Source: Gemmatales bacterium (GTDB lineage Bacteria > Planctomycetota > Planctomycetia > Gemmatales > Gemmataceae). Taken from it: DNA of 28,632 nt. Every line of letters starts with the position of its first letter. Within the stretch, counting starts at the first letter, position 1. Both the position numbers and the translations under genes were made by a program. Below, piece by piece: positions 7,996-16,027 of this stretch. The notes under the pieces were generated by a model. It did not search any database. It saw nothing but the letters and a program-made list of their open reading frames with translations, and had not been told where the DNA came from. The DNA lies in NCBI GenBank assembly GCA_038221045.1, contig JBBRIK010000001.1, forward strand, positions 1 to 28,632. The letters are read 5' to 3'.

Positions 7996-8390
7996 CCTTC
8001 GATCTCCCGGTGATAAACGCGAAGGCGGCGTTGCGCCATCCACTCGCCGTCGAGCAGCAGAGTGAATTGATAGGTCCCAGCCGCTGGAAAGACGAACTGG
8101 CGCAATCGGAGATGATACGACACCTCAGTCACCTTGTCCGGAAACGTCAACGACGCCTGATGCGAATAGGTTTCCTCGTTCGTGTCCATATGCGTCACCA
8201 GTAACTCCATCGTAGCACCCCCCAGGCCGTCTGTCAGCACGGCGAAGACCGAAAACGGCGCAACGAGAGCGGGGAAATGGGGGACTCCCAGCCCGGTGAA
8301 GGTCCCGATCAGAGACAGTTTCTTCGTGCGCTCTTCGACGATGACGTAGTCACACAGGCTCATCCCGACAACGATAGGCCGAGGACCCAT
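7992..8390 (-). CDS. Beta-sandwich hypothetical protein, DUF6941-like, 132 aa
   Basis: MSLCDYVIVEERTKKLSLIGTF...FPAAGTYQFTLLLDGEWMAQRRL matches the recalled LCD...G.F...FP.PG.Y...L..DGE pattern; GGGAGG precedes the ATG at 8390. Confidence 0.7.
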   Translation of the reverse strand: MGPRPIVVGMSLCDYVIVEERTKKLSLIGTFTGLGVPHFPALVAPFSVFAVLTDGLGGATMELLVTHMDTNEETYSHQASLTFPDKVTEVSYHLRLRQFVFPAAGTYQFTLLLDGEWMAQRRLRVYHREIEG

Positions 8391-8524
8391 CTCATTGCCC
8401 TCCCGCGTTTCCTTGCTCTCCGGCGTTCGATTTTCCCCTGCGACGCCCCCTTTCGGAGGGCGTCTACATAGTTTCGTCAATCGGTGCCCGAAACATCACC
8501 TTTGAAACCTGCCGGGGTTTCTGG

Positions 8525-8557
8525 CAGTATGGTGAAGGATTCTCCTTCACCATACTG
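8525..8557. promoter_or_regulatory. Perfect 15-bp inverted repeat in a divergent intergenic region
   Basis: CAGTATGGTGAAGGA-TTC-TCCTTCACCATACTG, ending 11 nt before the ATG at 8569; no second copy seen in the window. Confidence 0.6.
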
Positions 8558-8568
8558 AGTCTTCCTCG

Positions 8569-10314
8569 ATGAGGTTGCTGATGTACTCCCGATCGCTATT
8601 GCTGTGCGGACTGCTCGTTGGCTCCCTCTCGGCCGCGGAACCGGCGCGAGCCGGTCTTACCGTCGAGGAATTCTCCCTCAAGGACGCCGCCGGCAAGACA
8701 GTCGCCTTCTCCGACTACAAGGACCGCAAGGCCGTCGTCGTCGTCTTCCTCGGGACGCAATGCCCGATCAACAACGCCTTCCTCCCCATCCTGGCCGAGA
8801 TGCACCAGAAGTACGCCGACAAGGGCGTTCAGTTCCTCGGCGTCAACAGCAATCGCCACGATAGCCCCGAGCGCGTCGCCGAACACGCCAAGAAGCACGA
8901 CCTTCCCTTCCCCGTCCTCAAGGACGCCGGCAACCTCGTCGCCGACAAGCTCAAGGCCGAACGCACGCCGGAAGCCCTCGTCGTCGCCGGCGGCAAGGTC
9001 GTCTATCGCGGACGCATCGACGATCGCTTCGGCTACAAGCATCGCCGCGACAAGCCGTCGCGTCTCGACCTGGCCGCCGCCCTCGACGAAGTGCTGGCCG
9101 GCAAGCCTGTCAGCGTCGCCGTCACTGAGGTCGAAGGCTGCTTCATTACTCGCGCCGTCCAGACGAAGAAGGACGGGGCCGTCACCTTCACGAAGCACGT
9201 CTCGCGCATCTTGCAGAAGAACTGTCAGGAGTGCCATCGTCCCGACCAGATCGGCCCGATGTCGCTCATCAGCTACGAGGACGCCGTCGATTGGGCGGCG
9301 ACGATCCGGGAGGTCGTCGATACCAAACGCATGCCGCCCTGGCACGCCGACCCGAAGCACGGCAAGTTCGCCAACGATCGCACCCTCTCGAAAGAGGACC
9401 GCGATAACCTGCTGGCCTGGATCGACAAGGGCATGCCGCGCGGCGACGACAGGGACGCTCCAGAGCCTCAGAAGTTCGTCGAGGGCTGGCGCATCGGCAA
9501 GCCGGACGCCGTCTTTCTGATGGCCGACGAGTACGTTGTGCCGCCGAGATCGGAGAAGAACAGCGTCAAGTACCAGTATTTCCGGGTGCCGACGAACTTC
9601 AAGGAGGACATGTGGGTGCAGGCGGCCGAGGCCCGTCCCGGCAACGCCAAGGTCGTCCATCACATCATCGTCTACGTTCGCGGCCCCGGCGGACGAGGCA
9701 ACCCGGCCGACGGCATCGGCAACGGCTTCCTCGTCCCCTACGCGCCGGGCGACATGCCCTCGATCTTCTCCGAGGGGACGGCGAAGAAGGTCCCCAAGGG
9801 AGCCGAACTCGTCTTCCAGATGCATTACACGCCGGTGGCGACGAAGGAGAAGGATCGTTCCTCGGTCGGCCTGATCTTCAGCAAGAAGCCGCCGGAGAAC
9901 GAGGCCCGGACGCGCGGCATCGCCCAGCAGATCCTGGCGATACCGGCCAACGCCGAGAGCCACAAGGTCACGTCGCGGACGGTGCTGCCGAAGGATTCGC
10001 TGCTGGTGAGTCTGCTGCCGCACATGCATCTTCGCGGCAAAAGTTTCGAGTACACGGCCACCTTCCCCGACGGCAAGAAAGAGGTGCTGCTGCGGGTGCC
10101 GGAGTACGACTTCAACTGGCAGACGGTCTACCGCCTGGACAAGCCGATGCGTCTGCCGGCCGGAACGCGTATCGACTGCACGGCGATCTTCGACAACTCG
10201 ACGAAGAACAAGAACAATCCCGACCCAGGCAAGATGGTCTTCTGGGGCGATCAGACCTGGCAGGAGATGATGATTGGCTTCATCGACTATGTGACGCTGC
10301 CGGAGAGCAAGTAG
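8569..10314 (+). CDS. Exported redoxin (AhpC/TSA) + c-type heme + copper type II (PHM/DBH-like) monooxygenase fusion, 581 aa
   Basis: Signal peptide; FLGTQCPINN...YRGRIDD...GC redoxin domain; CQECH plus RMPPW; VHHII, QMHY, PHMHLRG, WGDQTWQEMM. Alternative start 8581 (GAGGT before it). Confidence 0.85.
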   Translation: MRLLMYSRSLLLCGLLVGSLSAAEPARAGLTVEEFSLKDAAGKTVAFSDYKDRKAVVVVFLGTQCPINNAFLPILAEMHQKYADKGVQFLGVNSNRHDSPERVAEHAKKHDLPFPVLKDAGNLVADKLKAERTPEALVVAGGKVVYRGRIDDRFGYKHRRDKPSRLDLAAALDEVLAGKPVSVAVTEVEGCFITRAVQTKKDGAVTFTKHVSRILQKNCQECHRPDQIGPMSLISYEDAVDWAATIREVVDTKRMPPWHADPKHGKFANDRTLSKEDRDNLLAWIDKGMPRGDDRDAPEPQKFVEGWRIGKPDAVFLMADEYVVPPRSEKNSVKYQYFRVPTNFKEDMWVQAAEARPGNAKVVHHIIVYVRGPGGRGNPADGIGNGFLVPYAPGDMPSIFSEGTAKKVPKGAELVFQMHYTPVATKEKDRSSVGLIFSKKPPENEARTRGIAQQILAIPANAESHKVTSRTVLPKDSLLVSLLPHMHLRGKSFEYTATFPDGKKEVLLRVPEYDFNWQTVYRLDKPMRLPAGTRIDCTAIFDNSTKNKNNPDPGKMVFWGDQTWQEMMIGFIDYVTLPESK

Positions 10315-10325
10315 CGACCGTTCTT

Positions 10326-10373
10326 GCCGCTTGCGGCTTTGCACTCCTCAGCGTGTGCAAAGCCGCAAGCGGC
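10326..10373. repeat. REPIN-like paired palindrome, family A
   Basis: Perfect 19-bp arms GCCGCTTGCGGCTTTGCAC / GTGCAAAGCCGCAAGCGGC. Confidence 0.9.
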
Positions 10374-10396
10374 TCAACCTCTCCGAGATCCCTCTC

Positions 10397-11245
10397 ATGA
10401 ACCTGATCTGCTCCACCCTACTGGTGTTCGTTTCATTCGCGCTCGACGCCGATGGCGAGGACCTCGCCTCTCTCACCAAGGAGGCTCGCCAGGCCCTCGC
10501 TCTCAGCGACGGCCAAAAGGCCGTCGCGCTCGTCGATCGAGCGATTGCCCTGAATCCGAAGGATTCCGAACTGCGCCTGCTCCGGGCCAGCGCGCACGAC
10601 TTGCTCGACAAGCACAAGGAAGCCGTCGCGGATTACAGTCGCGTCCTCGAACTCGATCCGAAAAACGCCGACGCCCTCGACCGCCGAGGCAGCGCCAACT
10701 TCAAGGCCGGTCGCATTCCCGAGTCCGTTGCTGACTTCGACGCCTATCTCAAACTGCGTCCCAAGGAGTTCGAGGGACACTGGCGGCGCGGCATCTCGCT
10801 CTACTACGCCGGCAAGTTCGACGAGGCCCGCAAACAGTTCGAGGGCTACGAGAAAGTCGATACCAACGACGTCGAGAATGCCGTCTGGCACTTCCTCTGC
10901 GTCGCCCGCAAGGACGGCGTCGAGAAGGCGCGCAAGTCAATCCTCAAGATCGGCCGCGATCGGCGCGTGCCGATGATGATCGTCTACGACCTGTTCCAGG
11001 GGAAGGCCAAGCCCGACGACGTCCTCAAGGCGTGTGAGGAAGGCGATCCCGACGAGAAGCAGAAGAACTATCGCCTCTTCTATGCGCACCTCTATCTCGG
11101 TCTCTACGCGGAGGTCAACAGCGAACCGAAGCTGGCCCTGAAGCATCTCACCGAGTCCGCGAGCAAGCCGAAGGTGCATCCGTACATGAACGACGTGGCG
11201 CGTGTGCATCGCGATCTGCTGAAGGCGAAGCTGTCCCAGAAATGA
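10397..11245 (+). CDS. Exported TPR protein, NlpI-like, 282 aa
   Basis: Signal peptide MNLICSTLLVFVSFALDA; TPR units (AVADYSRVLELDP, SVADFDAYLKLRP); RRGISLYYAG, ENAVWHFLC and YAHLYLGLY resemble NlpI-family motifs. Confidence 0.8.
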   Translation: MNLICSTLLVFVSFALDADGEDLASLTKEARQALALSDGQKAVALVDRAIALNPKDSELRLLRASAHDLLDKHKEAVADYSRVLELDPKNADALDRRGSANFKAGRIPESVADFDAYLKLRPKEFEGHWRRGISLYYAGKFDEARKQFEGYEKVDTNDVENAVWHFLCVARKDGVEKARKSILKIGRDRRVPMMIVYDLFQGKAKPDDVLKACEEGDPDEKQKNYRLFYAHLYLGLYAEVNSEPKLALKHLTESASKPKVHPYMNDVARVHRDLLKAKLSQK

Positions 11246-11252
11246 TAAAGTC

Positions 11253-11276
11253 CGCACCGCCGGGGGAAGCGGTGCG
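11253..11276. terminator. Hairpin between convergent genes
   Basis: CGCACCGC-8nt-GCGGTGCG starting 8 nt after the TPR gene stop; no clear U tract. Confidence 0.45.
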
Positions 11277-11318
11277 AACAGGAGGGCAATGCGGATCGCG
11301 GAGCGGGAACCGCGAGGA

Positions 11319-12011
11319 TCAATACGGGCTCTTGCTGAGATTGAGCGGGCGCGGGGCGCTGTAGGTCGCGGGGACGGCCGGCTGAACGATCAGGTCGCTC
11401 GGCATCATCTCCATCCGCTCGACCTTCTTGTTGCCGATGGGGGCCGGACCTTCCGGCAGCTTCTTCGACTCATCCGACTTCGGCATCTTCGGGTTGACCG
11501 GCGCCGTCTGGATCGTCTCGGCCGGATTGCCGATGATCGTCTCGCCACAGCCGCCGCAGCTGCCGCAGCTGCTGCATCCGCCGCACTTGCGGCTCGAGAA
11601 GCGGGACGACACGCGGCTGAACAGCCCGCACGGCTTGCTGCCGCCGCAGGTTCCCGAGGCGTATCCCGACTCGCAGCCGCAGGATGACTTGCAGGAGCCA
11701 CAGGTTACGGTCGGGCATTCCGAGCACTTGACCGGGCAACTGGCCGGACAGGGAGAAACACATTCCTTGACGTGGTGCTTGCAGGTCGGACGTTCGGCGC
11801 AAGGAGCGGGGTGCGAACACTCCGTCTGACACTCGTTGCAACTGCTTCGCTTCAATTTCCCGCGCAGACGCGCCAGAAAGCCTTCCTTCTCTCCACAGGA
11901 AGAGCAAGAAGAGCAAGAAGCGGGAGCGCAGTTGCAATCGCCGCAGGGCGAAGAACCGCAGGGGGTGGTGCCGGTGGCACACGCGGCGAACAACAGTAGA
12001 GCAGCATTCAT
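11319..12011 (-). CDS. Cysteine-rich, probably exported hypothetical protein, 230 aa
   Basis: GGAGG before the ATG at 12011; short hydrophobic N-terminus MNAALLLFAAC; 29 Cys by my count in the first ~155 aa (CxxC, CxC, CSSC, CGGC runs); Pro-rich Cys-free tail. Confidence 0.8.
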   Translation of the reverse strand: MNAALLLFAACATGTTPCGSSPCGDCNCAPASCSSCSSCGEKEGFLARLRGKLKRSSCNECQTECSHPAPCAERPTCKHHVKECVSPCPASCPVKCSECPTVTCGSCKSSCGCESGYASGTCGGSKPCGLFSRVSSRFSSRKCGGCSSCGSCGGCGETIIGNPAETIQTAPVNPKMPKSDESKKLPEGPAPIGNKKVERMEMMPSDLIVQPAVPATYSAPRPLNLSKSPY

Positions 12012-12288
12012 GCGAATTCCTCCAGTCGAGGCGAGGGCCCGGTCGCGGATGCGGAGCTGTCGCGAGGTGCGTCGCTCGTCCTGGGCCTGGTTCCATGGCG
12101 TGTTGTGTTTATCCCGGCGCTTCGTCCTGCCTGGACTTCCTCGTGTGCCGGGCTTCTGCTCTTTACATCGGTTACCACGCCCCCGCACTTGAACAGGATT
12201 GCGCGAAACGTGCGATTCCCTCCGGCCTCCCCGCCCCTGCCTTCGCTCAACTCGATACCCTGGACTCTCCTGGCGCGCCCGGATCGGG

Positions 12289-12294
12289 TATAAT
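12289..12294 (+). promoter_or_regulatory. Putative -10 element for recJ
   Basis: Perfect TATAAT 50 nt before the TTG start; no convincing -35. Confidence 0.4.
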
Positions 12295-12344
12295 GTCTCG
12301 CGCTACCAGGAGTCCTTGCTCTTCCGGCACGAGGGAGACAGCCG

Positions 12345-14114
12345 TTGTCCGCCGTCGTCAAGACCTGGCGCCTGCTGCCGCACGATTTCGCCGCGGTCCA
12401 GCACCTGGCCCATTCGATGAGCCTGGCCCCCGTCGTCGCCCAGTTGCTGCTCAATCGCGGCGTCTCCCGTCCCGAGGATGTCCGCCGATTCCTCGACGCC
12501 CCGCTCGCCGGCCTTCATCCGCCCGAGTCGCTGCCCGGCGTCGTCGAGGCGGCGGAGATGCTGCTGAAGGCCATTCGCGACAACCGCAAGATCTGCGTCT
12601 ATGGCGACTATGACGTCGATGGCGTCACCGGCACTGCTTTGCTCAAGCTGATCCTCCAGGCGGCCGGCGCTACCGTCGATGTGTATGTTCCCCATCGACT
12701 CGAAGAAGGCTACGGACTCAATCGCGAGGCCCTGACTCAGATTGCCGCTGGCGGGGCGAGCGTCGTCGTCACGGTCGATTGCGGCATCGCCAGCCTCGAC
12801 GAGGCGGACCTGGCCCTCCAACTTGGGCTGCAACTGATCGTCACCGATCATCACGAGATGAAGGATCGTCTGCCGGCGGCGGCCGTGCTGGTCCATCCGC
12901 GTCTGCCGGGGACGAACTATCCCTTCGGCAAGCTCTCCGGCGCCGCCGTCGCCTTCAAACTGGCGTGGTGTTTCGCGCAGAAAGTCTGTGGCAGCGACAA
13001 GGTGACACCGCGTTTTCGCGAGCTGCTGCTCGACGCCGTCGCCCTCGCGGCCCTCGGCGTCGTCGCCGACGTCGTACCCTTGTGGGACGAGAATCGCATC
13101 CTGGTCAAGCACGGCCTGGCGCGTCTGCGCCAGCAACCGCCGCTGGGGCTGAAAGTGCTGATGGAGGTGGCAGGCGTGCCGTCAGGGCAGGCCCTGCGCG
13201 CCTCGGACGTCGCCTACAAGTTAGCGCCGCGGATGAACGCGGCGGGCCGGCTCGGCTGTGCCCTCCTTGTCGTCGATCTGCTGACGACGACCAATCCGCA
13301 GAGAGCCGGCGACCTGGCCCGCGTCCTGGAGGATCACAACGTTCAGCGCCAGACGCTGGAACGCACCATGCTCCGCACCGCGCGGGAGCAGGTCGATCGG
13401 CTGCCGCTGGAGGCGGCGCTGGTGCTTGCGAGTGGACAGTTTCATCCTGGCGTCGTCGGCATCGTGGCGAGCCGGCTGGTCGATCTGTACGCCCGGCCGA
13501 CGCTGATGATCGCCCTGCGTTCTCCGGGCGACGACGGCGGTCCCATCATCGGCCAGGGCTCGGGGCGATCGATTCCCGGATTCGCCCTGCACTCCGCCCT
13601 GGAGGCGTGTGGCGATCTGCTGCTGAGTCATGGAGGCCATCATCAGGCGGTCGGTCTGAGGGTTCACGCCCATCGCATCGACGAACTGCGCGAGCGTTTC
13701 TGTGCCTATGCCGCGCGTCATTTTCCCGGTGGCCCGCCGCCGCCGGAGATCGTCCTCGACGCCGAGGTGCCGCTCTCCGCGCTGACGGTGAAGCTGGTCA
13801 AGGACCTCGATCGGCTGGAGCCCTACGGCTGCGACAATGACGCGCCGATCTTCATGGCGGGCGACCTGCGTGTCGAGGGCGAGCCGCGCAAGGTCGGCCA
13901 GGGCGAACGGCATCTGAGCTTTCGCGTGCGTCAGGGCAGCATCGTGCTAAAGGCCATCGCGTTCGGCATGAGCGAGCGCATGGAGGAGTTGATGTCGGCC
14001 GGCGGCGCGTGCTGTCTGGCATTCACGCCCAAGATCAACGAGTGGCAGGGCCGCCAGTCGGTGGACCTTGTCGTCGAGGACATTCAGGCCGGCCCGCGCG
14101 CGGCGCTGACGTGA
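12345..14114 (+). CDS. recJ: Single-stranded DNA-specific exonuclease RecJ, 589 aa
   Basis: [46 protein letters not shown] motifs; TTG start after GAGGGAG. Confidence 0.96.
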   Translation: MSAVVKTWRLLPHDFAAVQHLAHSMSLAPVVAQLLLNRGVSRPEDVRRFLDAPLAGLHPPESLPGVVEAAEMLLKAIRDNRKICVYGDYDVDGVTGTALLKLILQAAGATVDVYVPHRLEEGYGLNREALTQIAAGGASVVVTVDCGIASLDEADLALQLGLQLIVTDHHEMKDRLPAAAVLVHPRLPGTNYPFGKLSGAAVAFKLAWCFAQKVCGSDKVTPRFRELLLDAVALAALGVVADVVPLWDENRILVKHGLARLRQQPPLGLKVLMEVAGVPSGQALRASDVAYKLAPRMNAAGRLGCALLVVDLLTTTNPQRAGDLARVLEDHNVQRQTLERTMLRTAREQVDRLPLEAALVLASGQFHPGVVGIVASRLVDLYARPTLMIALRSPGDDGGPIIGQGSGRSIPGFALHSALEACGDLLLSHGGHHQAVGLRVHAHRIDELRERFCAYAARHFPGGPPPPEIVLDAEVPLSALTVKLVKDLDRLEPYGCDNDAPIFMAGDLRVEGEPRKVGQGERHLSFRVRQGSIVLKAIAFGMSERMEELMSAGGACCLAFTPKINEWQGRQSVDLVVEDIQAGPRAALT

Positions 14115-14123
14115 GGTTTGTCT

Positions 14124-14178
14124 TGCCGCTTGCGGCGTAGCGGCTGGTTCTGAAGCACCCGCTACGCCGCAAGCGGCA
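14124..14178. repeat. REPIN-like paired palindrome, family A, between recJ and aroC
   Basis: Perfect 20-bp arms TGCCGCTTGCGGCGTAGCGG / CCGCTACGCCGCAAGCGGCA. Confidence 0.9.
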
Positions 14179-14193
14179 GACTGCGAGCCAATC

Positions 14194-15339
14194 ATGCCCG
14201 GCAACACCTTCGGCAAACTGTTCCGCGTCACGACGGCCGGCGTCAGTCACGGTCCCGGCTACGTCGTCATCATTGATGGCTGTCCGCCCGGTCTGCCGCT
14301 GTCCGTCGAGGACTTGCTGCCGGACCTGCGCCGCCGCCGGCCCGGTCAGTCGAAGATCGTCACCCAGCGCAAAGAGGACGACGAGCCGGAGATCTGGTCC
14401 GGCGTCTTCGAGGGCCGCACGGACGGCACCTCGATCGGCATTCTCTTTCGCAACGCCGATCAGCACAGCGGCGATTACGGCGACATCAAGGACAAGTATC
14501 GTCCCGGCCACGCCGACTTCACCTTTGACGCGAAATACGGTTTTCGCGACCATCGTGGCGGCGGACGCTCCTCGGCGCGCGAGACTGTCTGTCGCGTCGC
14601 GGCGGGGGCCATCGCCAAGAAGTTGCTGGCGACGCAAGGAGTGCGCGTCCTCGGCTACGTCACGCAGGTCGGCGACGTCTGCTGTCCCGTTGACGATCCG
14701 GCAGCCGTGACGCTCGAACAGGTCGAGGCGACGCCGGTGCGCTGTCCGGATCCCGCGATTGCCGAGCGGATGATCGCATTGATTGAGGAAGTGAGGAAGG
14801 ATCAGGACTCGATCGGCGGCATCTGCGAGCTGGTGGCGGCCGGTGTGCCGGCCGGCTGGGGCGAACCCGTCTTCGACAAGCTCAAGGCGGACCTCGCGAA
14901 AGCGCTGCTGTCGCTGCCGGCCGTGATGGGATTCGAGTACGGCGCAGGCTTTGGCGTCGCGCGCCTCCGTGGCAGTCAGAACAACGATGTCTTCGTTCCC
15001 CTCACCCCTTCCCCCTCTCCCCTGTCTGGGGGAGAGGGGAAAGGGGTGAGGGGGCGTCGCATTGGCACCGAGACGAATCGGCACGGCGGCATGCTCGGCG
15101 GCATCTCCAGCGGTGAGCCGATCGTCTGCCGCGTCGCGATCAAGCCGACGAGCAGTTTGCCGCGTTCGCAGCGAACGGTGACGCGAGCCGGTGAGGCGAC
15201 CGAAATCGCCACGCGCGGCCGGCACGATCCCTGTCTCTTGCCGCGCTTCGTGCCCATGGGCGAGGCAATGCTGGCGCTGGTCCTCGTCGATCACTGGCTG
15301 CGCTACCGCGCCCAGTGTCCGCAACCGAATGGGGAGTGA
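14194..15339 (+). CDS. aroC: Chorismate synthase, 381 aa, with a 19-aa repeat-derived insertion
   Basis: [67 protein letters not shown]. Confidence 0.97.
   Translation: MPGNTFGKLFRVTTAGVSHGPGYVVIIDGCPPGLPLSVEDLLPDLRRRRPGQSKIVTQRKEDDEPEIWSGVFEGRTDGTSIGILFRNADQHSGDYGDIKDKYRPGHADFTFDAKYGFRDHRGGGRSSARETVCRVAAGAIAKKLLATQGVRVLGYVTQVGDVCCPVDDPAAVTLEQVEATPVRCPDPAIAERMIALIEEVRKDQDSIGGICELVAAGVPAGWGEPVFDKLKADLAKALLSLPAVMGFEYGAGFGVARLRGSQNNDVFVPLTPSPSPLSGGEGKGVRGRRIGTETNRHGGMLGGISSGEPIVCRVAIKPTSSLPRSQRTVTRAGEATEIATRGRHDPCLLPRFVPMGEAMLALVLVDHWLRYRAQCPQPNGE
14998..15053. repeat. Palindromic repeat (family D) inside the aroC reading frame
   Basis: CCCCTCACCCCTTCCCCCTCTCCCC-TGTCTG-GGGGAGAGGGGAAAGGGGTGAGGGG; 24 of 25 arm positions complementary; encodes [19 protein letters not shown]. 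Confidence 0.9.
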
Positions 15340-15340
15340 T

Positions 15341-15383
15341 CGCGAAACGACGGGCATCCCCCCGCGCTGCTTGTCGTTTCGCG
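15341..15383. terminator. Inverted repeat right after the aroC stop (terminator or REP-like)
   Basis: Perfect 11-bp arms CGCGAAACGAC / GTCGTTTCGCG; weak U tract. Confidence 0.45.
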
Positions 15384-15395
15384 CTCTTGCGGGTC

Positions 15396-15424
15396 TGGCA
15401 CTCTTCCACGTCAGTCCCTATACT
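15396..15424 (+). promoter_or_regulatory. Sigma70-type promoter of the small basic protein gene
   Basis: TGGCAC - 17 nt - TATACT. Confidence 0.5.
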
Positions 15425-15483
15425 GATTCGGCACTTGCCGCGCCGCCCCGGCGCCGCGAAGGAGTACATGGGGAGTTGAACTG

Positions 15484-15663
15484 ATGGTCGAACGTCGTAC
15501 CGAGTTGAAGCGCCGCTATCATCGCAAGAAGAAGATGAAGAAGCTCAAGGCGAAACTGACCAAGGCCGCCACGACCAAGGACGGCCGCGAGCGCGAGAAG
15601 ATCCTCTACAAGATCAAGTGCCTCAGCCCCTTCTGGAAAGAGCCGGCCCCGGCGCACGCCTGA
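15484..15663 (+). CDS. Small Lys/Arg-rich protein, DUF6800-like, 59 aa
   Basis: Below the ORF-track cutoff; hand translation MVERRTELKRRYHRKKKMKKLKAKLTKAATTKDGREREKILYKIKCLSPFWKEPAPAHA*; GGGGAG before the ATG; the ISPF-like end motif matches the recalled family. Confidence 0.8.
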   Translation: MVERRTELKRRYHRKKKMKKLKAKLTKAATTKDGREREKILYKIKCLSPFWKEPAPAHA

Positions 15664-15690
15664 CCGCTCCTCGAACCTGCGCATCCCGTG

Positions 15691-15738
15691 CAGCCCGCGG
15701 CGCAAGCAAGGGTCATTCCCTGTTTGCGCCGCGGGCTG
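15691..15738. repeat. REP-like palindrome, family C
   Basis: Perfect 15-bp arms CAGCCCGCGGCGCAA / TTGCGCCGCGGGCTG, extended imperfectly by GCAAGGG / CCCTGT. Confidence 0.85.
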
Positions 15739-15763
15739 TTCGTTTCCATTTCGGGGAACCTCC

Positions 15764-15909
15764 ATGAACCGCCTTCTCTTCCCAAATCCGCGCCAGGCCC
15801 GGCTCGACGTCAGTGAGTATGCGCGGGGCCGCATCCCGAAACTTCAGCCGGCAAAGTCGGCCGAGGAGTGGGCGAAGGAATCCGAACGTCTTCGCGGCGA
15901 AGTCCTCCC
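15764..15909 (+). pseudogene. Probable 5' remnant of a truncated hydrolase/esterase gene
   Basis: GGGGAA then ATG; MNRLLF...EYARGRIPKLQPAKSAEEWAKESERLRGEVL resembles the '..EEW....E.LR..VL' helical leader of acetylxylan-esterase-like proteins (recalled); the downstream part of ORF 15764..16285 is the antisense of another gene. Confidence 0.4.
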
Positions 15910-16027
15910 TGATGGCTCGGCGAGCCGTTTTCGGGCTGCTCGGCCATTAATGCGGGTCTGCTCGACGAGCAGGAAAAACAGACGGCCGCTCAGCGCCACT
16001 GGAAGGGAAGGAATTTCCCCGCGTGCC

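Noticed and set aside
8596-10344. 582-aa minus-strand ORF
   Set aside because: Exact antisense of the redoxin-monooxygenase gene.
8569-12011. Oxygenase plus Cys-rich protein as a peptide-amidation RiPP cluster
   Set aside because: The Cys-rich protein does not end in Gly, no PAL-like enzyme or transporter is present, and the genes are convergent; kept only as speculation.
14035-15357. 440-aa minus-strand ORF
   Set aside because: Antisense of aroC.
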